From positions 1-63,953 of IMG/VR virus record IMGVR_UViG_3300009081_000013: a stretch of 63,953 nucleotides of DNA, one strand, 5' to 3'. This document shows, piece by piece, positions 1 to 7,494 of this stretch (within the stretch, counting starts at the first letter, position 1; every line of letters starts with the position of its first letter). Made by a program: the position numbers and the translations under genes. Under the pieces are notes generated by a model. It did not search any database. It was not told where the DNA came from and saw nothing but the letters and a program-made list of their open reading frames with translations. Origin of the DNA: a virus. Lineage: Duplodnaviria; Caudoviricetes.

Positions 1-233
1 ACGCCGCTGACGCTGCCGCTCGTTACGCCGCTGACGCTGCCGCTCGTTACGCCGCTGACGCTGCCGCTCGTTACGCCGCTGACGCTGCCGCTCGTTACGC
101 CGCTGACGCTGCCGCTCGTTACGCCGCCGCCGCTGCCGCTCGTTACGCCGCCGCCGCCGCCGCTCGCTACGCCGCCGCCGCCGCTCGCTACGCCGCCGCC
201 GCTCGCTCCGCCGCCGCCGCTGACGCCGCCGCT
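1..233. repeat. 24-bp tandem repeat (ACGCCGCTGACGCTGCCGCTCGTT x5, then degenerate GCC-rich copies)
   Basis: Five exact 24-mers at 1-120 encode AADAAARY; the same array is present at the window end. Confidence 0.95.
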
Positions 234-290
234 GGGATTGACTTTAAAGCCCTCGCCGCCCGCGCAGTGGAGGTGGTTTGTGAAGGGTAA
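3..290 (+). CDS. C-terminal part of Ala-rich repeat protein (continues from 63374 across the join)
   Basis: Frame reads (AADAAARY)n...AAGIDFKALAARAVEVVCEG*, stop TAA at 288-290, in frame with the ORF running off the window end. Confidence 0.8.
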   Translation, partial: AADAAARYAADAAARYAADAAARYAADAAARYAADAAARYAAAAAARYAAAAAARYAAAAARYAAAARSAAAADAAAGIDFKALAARAVEVVCEG

Positions 291-498
291 AATCACTCAA
301 GGCGGCTGTCTGGTGCTGTGGCGTGGCACCGCCTACGTTCCTCAAATCTGCCCGGAGGCACCAGATTTCTACCCATGCGGCCACTGGTGCCCCCGCTTTG
401 GCGAACCGGACAAAACCTTCGCCGGCGGTCATGTGCTGCGCATTTGTTCCGCCGAGCTTCGCTTTGACGACTTCACCGACGAAAGGGGGAAAGCATGA
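280..498 (+). CDS. hypothetical protein (Cys-rich)
   Basis: GTG preceded by GGAGG, overlaps upstream stop; CP..CGHWCP motif. Confidence 0.6.
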   Translation: MKGKITQGGCLVLWRGTAYVPQICPEAPDFYPCGHWCPRFGEPDKTFAGGHVLRICSAELRFDDFTDERGKA

Positions 499-663
499 GT
501 CCTGCGGGCAAAGCAACGGTCGCGCTTCTCTGTCTTAGCGGTCTACTTTTTATGGCGGCGCTGTTCCCTTCGAAGGCCGCCGTTGTCATGCTGGCTTTCC
601 TGGGTGCTGTTGCGGTGCTGGCGCTGTGGTGTGCTCTTTATATTCTTTGCGGGGGAGAATGAC

Positions 664-831
664 ATGCCCGACGTGCGCGTAGAGATCGAGGTCTGGTGTT
701 CCTGCGGTGAAGGACTTTGCGGCCAATCCCGCGGCCGCGCCGGCGGCATCGTCGTCGAGCCGTGCAAGCGGTGCCAACAAGAGGCACACGACGAAGGCTA
801 TGAAGAGGCGATGCGAGCTCAGGAGGTGTAG
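664..831 (+). CDS. small Zn-ribbon-like protein
   Basis: GGAG RBS; CxC and CxxC motifs. Confidence 0.6.
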   Translation: MPDVRVEIEVWCSCGEGLCGQSRGRAGGIVVEPCKRCQQEAHDEGYEEAMRAQEV

Positions 832-832
832 A

Positions 833-1222
833 GTGAAACAGATCGATGAAGCAACCAAGATCCTCGCCTTGACCGAGTGCCTGCTGATCTGGGATTATAT
901 TGCAAAGCATGGATGCACTAAGACAGAAGCGGTCAAGCGTTTGTACGAGCGGGGTGCGCTTGAAAAGCGACGGTACAACTTTTTGTGCCCCTTTTGTGAT
1001 CGGCTGCGGGAAGGTGACGATTGCAGTCAATGTTTGTGGCCGGGCGCCGGGTACCTGCGTTGCTGTGACGACAGGTCTCCGTTTCTACGCTTCTGTTATT
1101 TTCCTGACGAGCGTAAGAAAGCCGGCCGCGCCATGCTAAAATTCTTGGAGGAAATCGATGTGCGAGCGATGCAAAAAAGTGCCCTACAATTCCCGCCGCC
1201 ACGCGCTCACCGATGCCCCTGA
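833..1222 (+). CDS. Cys-rich hypothetical protein, paralogous to the N-terminus of 10646..11704
   Basis: AGGAGG RBS; CPFC...CSQCLWPG motif. Confidence 0.65.
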   Translation: MKQIDEATKILALTECLLIWDYIAKHGCTKTEAVKRLYERGALEKRRYNFLCPFCDRLREGDDCSQCLWPGAGYLRCCDDRSPFLRFCYFPDERKKAGRAMLKFLEEIDVRAMQKSALQFPPPRAHRCP

Positions 1223-1396
1223 GCGACACGGTACACCCTATCGCTGCAAAGAATGTGGTTATTGGCACGTCGGCCATGCCTGGGCGAAGAAAAGCGCGTT
1301 GGCGGTGAAGGTGAAAAACAGGCGCCGCGGCACACGGGCGTTGTTCCGGCTGATTGATCAGTTGTGTGGGAGTGAGTGCGCTTGAAGGAGAAAAAG

Positions 1397-1690
1397 ATGA
1401 GTAAAAAGCAAATTGTTTTTCTGGCGGTGGCCTGTTGGCTGTGGTGTGGGCTCTATGGCCACGCGCTTACGCAAGGGTTTTTCTTCGGTAGGTTTAAATC
1501 CCAAGAATGTAGAGCCGACCAGCATGCAGCGATCCCCAAGTGGATTTCGTACACCGGGGTAGAGGTTGCTTCCGCGGTGGCTGGGCCAATCAATCTGGCC
1601 GCCACCGCGCTGTTCCTTGGAAACGACAAGCGCAGATGGGCGTACGGGACGCGCTGGTGTTATTGGGACCGTCTGGACGAATGTGAATAG
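1397..1690 (+). CDS. hypothetical membrane protein
   Basis: AAGGAG RBS; hydrophobic N-terminal segment. Confidence 0.6.
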   Translation: MSKKQIVFLAVACWLWCGLYGHALTQGFFFGRFKSQECRADQHAAIPKWISYTGVEVASAVAGPINLAATALFLGNDKRRWAYGTRWCYWDRLDECE

Positions 1691-1975
1691 GGGGGCGCAT
1701 GACAATCTACATCCTGGGTTTGCTGTTCACCCTCGGCCTCGTCATCGGTGAAGATGCTGAGTACGACTGGATAGGAAAATGCATCTTGGTTGGCCTGCTG
1801 CTCTGCTGGCCGGTGTTGTTGGGGTTTATGGCGTACGGGTTGTTTGTGAAGGCGGGGCGATGATTACTCTTTTGGCTCTTTGGATCTGTGCGGCGTATAA
1901 GACGGACCCGAGCGACGCTTTTCTGGTTACGATGCTGCTCGACATGCTCCTGTTCGCGTTTTTAGCAGCGGTGTT

Positions 1976-3517
1976 ATGCTAACCTTCGACAGACGCTACA
2001 AGCTGTTCATCTGGAAAGGTGGCCCGCCGCCCATCGAGCTGGACTTCTCCCCGTCGTCCGGCCACTGGTACACCGCCTCACCCTACATTGCGTATCTGCT
2101 GCGCGACCACGCCGACAGCGAAGCCGCCGGCGCGCTGGCGCCTGTGATACGGCGTGTCGAGCGCAGCTCCGCGGCCGAGCCGGTCCTGCCCCCGACCAAT
2201 GGATTGTATGACTACCAGGCCGCCGGGGTGGAGCATTTGGTCGATCAGTTCCGCACCGGCCGCCGGCACCTGCTGCTGGCCGACGACCCGGGCGTGGGCA
2301 AAAGCGCGCAATCGCTCGTCACGGCCAAAGAGCTGGGAGCCGCAAGGCTCCTCATCGTCTGCCCGGCGGGCCTGCGGTTAAACTGGCTGCGCGAGGTGAA
2401 CACCTGGCACGGCGGGCCGGCGATGCCCCTGCTCGAAGGCAAGACAACGGTGTCGCCTAAAGGCTCCATAATCACCTCTTACAACCTGGTGGAAAAAGCC
2501 ATCGGCCGGGCGTATGATTTTCTCATTGTTGATGAGTGCCACGCTCTGAGGGAAGACTCCACCGCCCGCACCAAGGCTATACTTGGTGACGCCACGCGCG
2601 GCTGGCGCGGCCTGGTGGACACGTTGCCCACGCTGTTTCTCTCCGGCACGCCCATACCCAACGGCCGGCCGTCGGAGTTGTGGCCCATCCTCTACCGCTG
2701 CGCCACCGACGCCATCGGCTACCTCAAGTACTCGGCGTTCTGTGCTCGGTATTGCCTCATGGCGCCGGACGGCCGGGGCGGGTTCATGGTTCGGGGCGCC
2801 AAACGCCAGGACGAGCTGTACGCCCGGCTGCGCGGCTCTGGTTTCATGACGCGCCGCCTCAAGGCCGACGTGCTCCACGAGCTGCCGCCCAAGCGCTACA
2901 AAATGGTCGTCTTCCCCGCCGACGGCACCATGAGGAAAATCCTGAACAAAGAGAGCGCGTTTTCGGCAGCGGAGATTTTGACCCACGGCGTTCCGGTGGG
3001 CTCGCCGCTGCCGGAGATTTGGCGTGAGATGGGCTTGGCCAAAGTCTCGGCTGCGGTGGAGTATATAAAGGATCTGCTCGCCGCCGAAGACAAAGCGGTC
3101 GTGTTTGCTCATCACGTCGAAGTGGTGGCGCTGCTGGTGGATGCTTTGAAAGAATACGGTGCGCGATCGATCACAGGATCTACGTTGCCGGCGACGCGCC
3201 AGGCGGCTGTCGATGCGTTCCAGGGTGATGCTTCATGTCGCGTCCTGGTGTGCAACATCGTAGCCGGTGGAACAGGGACGACGCTCACAGCAGGACACGA
3301 TGTGGTGTTCGTTGAGTCCTCCTGGGTGCCGGGAGAAAACGAACAAGCAGAAGATCGGGAGCACAGGATTGGGCAAAAGTTCGCGGTGATCGTTCACCAA
3401 TTGGTGGTGGAAGGATCGCTGGATGCAAAAATCTTGGGGTCCGCAGCACACAAACGACGGGATGTCGGTGGTGTGCTGGATGGCTCAGCACGGGTGCCAG
3501 ACGGGCCAAGGGGGTGA
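1976..3517 (+). CDS. SNF2-family helicase/ATPase
   Basis: LLADDPGVGKS (motif I), IVDECH (II), LSGTPIPN (III), QAEDREHRIGQ (VI). Confidence 0.93.
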   Translation: MLTFDRRYKLFIWKGGPPPIELDFSPSSGHWYTASPYIAYLLRDHADSEAAGALAPVIRRVERSSAAEPVLPPTNGLYDYQAAGVEHLVDQFRTGRRHLLLADDPGVGKSAQSLVTAKELGAARLLIVCPAGLRLNWLREVNTWHGGPAMPLLEGKTTVSPKGSIITSYNLVEKAIGRAYDFLIVDECHALREDSTARTKAILGDATRGWRGLVDTLPTLFLSGTPIPNGRPSELWPILYRCATDAIGYLKYSAFCARYCLMAPDGRGGFMVRGAKRQDELYARLRGSGFMTRRLKADVLHELPPKRYKMVVFPADGTMRKILNKESAFSAAEILTHGVPVGSPLPEIWREMGLAKVSAAVEYIKDLLAAEDKAVVFAHHVEVVALLVDALKEYGARSITGSTLPATRQAAVDAFQGDASCRVLVCNIVAGGTGTTLTAGHDVVFVESSWVPGENEQAEDREHRIGQKFAVIVHQLVVEGSLDAKILGSAAHKRRDVGGVLDGSARVPDGPRG

Positions 3518-3702
3518 ACGTGGGCAAGCTATCTGATGTAGAATTGGCGCGACTGCTTTCTAACTCACTCAGTGGACAGTGTTCCGAATGGCCTCAACTC
3601 AAGCCTCTTTTATGTCGATTGGCGGACAAGGTTGAAGACTTGGAGCGTCGTATGGAACGCGCCCGTATCGAGCTCACTATTTGGTAACGACCAGGAGAAC
3701 AC

Positions 3703-3954
3703 ATGCTCGAAATCCGCATAGATATAGTGCCCTTCGGCCAGGAAAGCATGCGCCGTCCGCTGGAGCAGCTTTACATCATCAACACAGCCGATCACCCGCG
3801 CCGGCCGGAATATGGGAATTACGACGTAAAGGCGGTGAAACATAGCGCGGACGGTATTGAGGTACGGTTTGTCGGGAAGATCAAAGGCCATCCCCGCGAC
3901 AGAGGCTATTGGCCGCTTATCAGAAAAGCAATAAAAGCACTTGACAGCGAGTAA
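3703..3954 (+). CDS. hypothetical protein
   Basis: AGGAG RBS, 83-aa ORF in operon. Confidence 0.65.
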   Translation: MLEIRIDIVPFGQESMRRPLEQLYIINTADHPRRPEYGNYDVKAVKHSADGIEVRFVGKIKGHPRDRGYWPLIRKAIKALDSE

Positions 3955-3969
3955 ACGGGAACTCATAAG
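3941..3969 (+). promoter_or_regulatory. conserved phage promoter, copy 1 (TTGACA-N17-CATAAG with CGGGAAC in the spacer)
   Basis: Same motif at 9675 and 62675; each copy precedes an RBS. Confidence 0.75.
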
Positions 3970-3991
3970 AGGAGAAAAAGGAGGTGCTGCG

Positions 3992-4183
3992 GTGAAGGTA
4001 ATCGGTAAAAGCAATTTTGATCTTGAAACAGTGAGTGACTTTCTCGTGTGTGATAGCGCGACCAAATATTATGCGAAGCGCATCGCAGCGTTTCTTAACG
4101 CACAAGAAGCCGGCGGTGATTACAGCCAGACCTATTATGTCGCTGTGGAAGACGGCTATGAGTTATACCGATGGGAACCGTAA
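3992..4183 (+). CDS. hypothetical protein
   Basis: GTG after AAGGAGG; the TTG start at 3941 in the ORF track is the -35 box. Confidence 0.65.
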   Translation: MKVIGKSNFDLETVSDFLVCDSATKYYAKRIAAFLNAQEAGGDYSQTYYVAVEDGYELYRWEP

Positions 4184-4201
4184 ATAGAAAAGGAGAAAAA
4201 G

Positions 4202-4849
4202 TTGAACAACCTGATTGAAAGATTTATTGCGGCAATGGAGAAAATTGCGGACGCCCTGTCCACCCCGGCGTTTCCGACCAAGCCCTGTGCGTGTGAGCAG
4301 GCCGCGCCCACAAAGGTCGCTGCGCCAGCGGTTGCCCCGGCAGCGCTCGTCCACGTCGGCCCCGAGCACATCGATGTCGGCTACAAAGGCATCACCGACT
4401 ACGAGGCGCTCAAGAAACTCTGCGCCGAGCGGGGGATCGCCGTGCCTCCTCGTACCAAAGGCCCGACTTTGGTGAAGAACCTGAAGACCTGGGATGCTGT
4501 GCAGATTGTGAACAAGCCCGCGGCGGCGCCCGGCGAAGTCTCTTCTTTTGGTGCCAATCCTCCGGTGGTTCAAGCGCCCGCGCCCGTCTCAGCGCCAGAA
4601 CCTGTGCCGGCGCCAGAAGCTGACCCCTTCGTCGAAAACACCCCCGAGCCGCCGGCCGCCCGCACGTTCGAAGAAACCCTCGTCGTGCTCCAAGCGCTGA
4701 TGAAGGTGAGGGGCAACGCCTACGTGTCGGCCATGATCAAAAAGCACACAGGCTTTGGTGCGTACAAGGACGTAAAGAAGCTGGAAAAGCCAGCGCAAGA
4801 CACGGCCCTCACCGCGCTCTACAACGAAGCTATCCAGGAGCAGAACTGA
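4202..4849 (+). CDS. Pro/Ala-rich hypothetical protein of the replication module
   Basis: AAGGAG RBS; lies directly before the DUF2800-like exonuclease, as is common in this module. Confidence 0.75.
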   Translation: MNNLIERFIAAMEKIADALSTPAFPTKPCACEQAAPTKVAAPAVAPAALVHVGPEHIDVGYKGITDYEALKKLCAERGIAVPPRTKGPTLVKNLKTWDAVQIVNKPAAAPGEVSSFGANPPVVQAPAPVSAPEPVPAPEADPFVENTPEPPAARTFEETLVVLQALMKVRGNAYVSAMIKKHTGFGAYKDVKKLEKPAQDTALTALYNEAIQEQN

Positions 4850-6135
4850 TGGGTCAACATGCAGAGCGCGGTCTTCAGCCAAGTTCGTTCAAACGGACGT
4901 TGCATTGCCCAGGCTGGGCGAACTTGGTGGAAGACGTTCCTCGCAAAGAGCCGTCAAAGTGGGCGGCCGAAGGCTCCGTGGCGCATGAACTTAACGACCT
5001 GTGCCTCAAGCAAAACAAGTCCGCTTTCGACTTCATCGGCAAAGTAGGCTGGCATGTGGGCGGCAAAACCGGGATCGACACTTCCTCTGGTAAAACTGGC
5101 AAGCATCTCCTCTTCACCATCGATGAGGCCATGGCCGAAGCGTGTCAAATCTACATTGACTTCGTCCGTGGCCTGCGCGATCGCCTGGTCGGCTGCATCT
5201 TTGAAACGGAAAAGAAGCTGGATCTGTCCTGGATCGTGCCCGGTATGTTTGGCACCGGCGACTTTACAGCTATTGAGCCCCTCACCACCATCTACGTCGT
5301 TGACTACAAGCACGGCGCCGGCGTCCCGGTGGACATAGGCGCCACCGTTGGCGACAATGAGCAGACCACTATTTATGCGCTCGGCACCCTCGGCAAAGAC
5401 AATCCCCACGGCGTCTCGCATGTTGAGGCGACGATTGTGCAGCCGCGTGCGTCTTACGCCGGCGGAGTGATTCGTTCGGTGTCTTATCGGGTCAAGGATC
5501 TCTACGCCTGGGCGTTTGACGTGATGAAACCTGCCGCCGAAGCGTCCAAGCGACCCGACGCACCGCTCGCCTCCGGCCCATGGTGTCACTGGTGTCCCGG
5601 GGCTGAGACAATCATGGCCGACGGGCGCGTGCTGTGCCCCGAGATCAGGAAACAAGCGCTGGAGAAAGTTGAGATCATGTTCCCCGAGGTGGTCACAGTT
5701 GATGAGATAAAAGCCAGAGCCGCGCAGCTACCTGGGGAGAGCTTGGACTACATCCTCGAGCGCATGGATATTCTCAAACTCATGTACGAAGCGGCACAAG
5801 CTGAAGCATTCTCCCGGCTGCGCAGCGGAGCGGCCAACGCGCCAACGAAGTTTAAATTGGTCCAGGGGCGGCAGGGCAACCGCGCCTGGGCAGACGATGG
5901 TGCGGCAACAAACGCCCTTTGCATAGTGATAGACGACAACGATTTGTTCGAACGCAAACTGCGCAGTCCCACCAGAATCGAAGCTGCGCTAAAGAAAGGA
6001 GGGCTCAAACCCGCAGAGGTGTCGGCAGTGATCGCACCTTTGCTCGCCGAACGCAGAGCAGGCGCTCCCACCTTGGCCAAGATCGATGACCCCCGGCCAG
6101 CCCTGCCGCCTTCGGCGGAACAAATGTTCGACTGA
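4849..6135 (+). CDS. DUF2800-like PD-(D/E)XK exonuclease
   Basis: PSSFKRTLHCPG, AAEGSVAHE, FGTGD, VVDYKHGAG, GPWCHWC motifs; synteny with SSB and PolA. Confidence 0.88.
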   Translation: MGQHAERGLQPSSFKRTLHCPGWANLVEDVPRKEPSKWAAEGSVAHELNDLCLKQNKSAFDFIGKVGWHVGGKTGIDTSSGKTGKHLLFTIDEAMAEACQIYIDFVRGLRDRLVGCIFETEKKLDLSWIVPGMFGTGDFTAIEPLTTIYVVDYKHGAGVPVDIGATVGDNEQTTIYALGTLGKDNPHGVSHVEATIVQPRASYAGGVIRSVSYRVKDLYAWAFDVMKPAAEASKRPDAPLASGPWCHWCPGAETIMADGRVLCPEIRKQALEKVEIMFPEVVTVDEIKARAAQLPGESLDYILERMDILKLMYEAAQAEAFSRLRSGAANAPTKFKLVQGRQGNRAWADDGAATNALCIVIDDNDLFERKLRSPTRIEAALKKGGLKPAEVSAVIAPLLAERRAGAPTLAKIDDPRPALPPSAEQMFD

Positions 6136-6152
6136 CGAAGAACGAGATTACG

Positions 6153-6265
6153 CTCTGGCGCTATGCCGAATCTGTAACAACCCGAAAAAGGACCGGCAGT
6201 GGGTCGCATGATGGGCGCGAAGTTAAACTTAATGTCGCAGTTGCAGATTCCGCATAGCGCCAGAG
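6153..6265 (+). ncRNA. putative structured leader RNA (26-bp inverted repeat enclosing 61 nt)
   Basis: 6153-6178 pairs with 6240-6265 with one mismatch and one G-U. Confidence 0.5.
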
Positions 6266-6305
6266 ACGCACATGCACACATCAGAAACGGAGAAAAAGCA
6301 GAAAC

Positions 6306-6938
6306 ATGGCAAACAACGTATCTAAACCGGCCAGAACCAGCCCGCCCGTGCGGGTGTCCTACACTCAATCCCTTTTCACCCCCAAGGCGTTCCAGGCGGG
6401 CCAAGACCCCAAGTACTCGGTGACGATCATGATCGATAAAACCAATGCCGAGCAAATGGCCTTTATGAAAGCGATCCACGCAGATGCGCAGGCGGCCCTG
6501 GCCGAAGCCTGGCCGGATCAGGCCAAGCGCCCGCGTATTGCGCTGGTGGGTGAAACAAAATCCCTCATCAAAGATGGTGACAAAACGATGGGCAACGACG
6601 GCGTGCCGCTGGTTGAGAAGAACCCCGAGTATGCGGGGCACTACCTCATCCGCGTCTCGGCCAAGCAAAAGCCCGTCGTCGTCGATCGCAATCGCCAGGA
6701 GATCATCGACCCCGCCGTGGTGTACGGCGGCTGTGTCTGCAAGGTGAACATCAACGTCTACAGCTTTGACACCCCGGCCAACAAAGGCGTCACCGCGGGC
6801 ATCAATGGTGTCCAATTCTGGGCGGACGGAGAACGGCTCGGCGGCGGGCGCCCGGCGCTCGAATCTATGTTCGACGCAGCCGGCCCCGCGCCGGTGGATG
6901 ACCCCTTCGTTGGCGTCACCAAAGATATCCCCTTCTAA
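6306..6938 (+). CDS. single-stranded DNA-binding protein (DUF2815/Enc34-like)
   Basis: PVRVSY, KYSVTIMI, IKDGD, VYGGC, NKGVTAGINGVQF..DGERLGG, acidic tail ending DIPF. Confidence 0.9.
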   Translation: MANNVSKPARTSPPVRVSYTQSLFTPKAFQAGQDPKYSVTIMIDKTNAEQMAFMKAIHADAQAALAEAWPDQAKRPRIALVGETKSLIKDGDKTMGNDGVPLVEKNPEYAGHYLIRVSAKQKPVVVDRNRQEIIDPAVVYGGCVCKVNINVYSFDTPANKGVTAGINGVQFWADGERLGGGRPALESMFDAAGPAPVDDPFVGVTKDIPF

Positions 6939-6945
6939 CTCACAG

Positions 6946-6978
6946 GCGACGCGGTGTAAAAGCCGCGTCGCTTTTTTC
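6946..6978 (+). terminator. rho-independent terminator
   Basis: GCGACGCGG-loop-CCGCGTCGC followed by T6. Confidence 0.85.
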
Positions 6979-6988
6979 TGGAGGCCCC

Positions 6989-7147
6989 GTGGATAAAACC
7001 CAAACACCGATCACAATATCCCTCGCCGAATACGAAGAACTTCTCGCCGCGCAAGAAAAGCTGAACACGCTCGAAGCCTTTGGCGTGGATAGCTGGGACG
7101 GCTACGCTGCGGCTATGGAAGCGATGGAGGAAGAAGACGGTTCTTAA
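6989..7147 (+). CDS. small acidic protein with GVDSWDGY motif (not in ORF track)
   Basis: GGAGG RBS; MDKTQTPITISLAEYEELLAAQEKLNTLEAFGVDSWDGYAAAMEAMEEEDGS (52 aa). Confidence 0.75.
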   Translation: MDKTQTPITISLAEYEELLAAQEKLNTLEAFGVDSWDGYAAAMEAMEEEDGS

Positions 7148-7166
7148 CGATAGGGAGAACGTGGCT

Positions 7167-7451
7167 ATGTTGAAATCACCTGATAGTGGATGTCCTAAAG
7201 AGTGCCCTTGGTTTGTTGGAACTCACAACTGCCGAGAATGCGATGGTACTGAACGATTCGTGCGGTGGTTCATGTATGGGGCGCCGAGCAGGGCAATGTC
7301 CCAAGAAGAAAGAGCGTTTTTGGTCGAAGACGCCGATCATTGCGGAGAAGGGTTTTACCAGAGTGCCGAACTCGAAATGATGAGCGATAAAGATCTGGCG
7401 TCGGCAGCGTTGAACGCTTGGGGCATGTACGTCAAATCGAATTGTATTTAG
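7167..7451 (+). CDS. hypothetical protein
   Basis: GGAG RBS; Cys-rich N-terminus. Confidence 0.6.
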   Translation: MLKSPDSGCPKECPWFVGTHNCRECDGTERFVRWFMYGAPSRAMSQEERAFLVEDADHCGEGFYQSAELEMMSDKDLASAALNAWGMYVKSNCI

Positions 7452-7494
7452 GCCCGCAACGACCCGCTTTACGATCCTCCAAGGAGAACGATGA

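Noticed and set aside
1-78. Biological direct terminal repeat
   Set aside because: The overlap lies inside a coding tandem repeat and is better explained as an assembly overlap.
6132-6290. Hammerhead ribozyme (CTGACGA ... GAAA) or retron msr/msd
   Set aside because: No stem II pairing links the two core motifs, and no reverse transcriptase is visible in the window.
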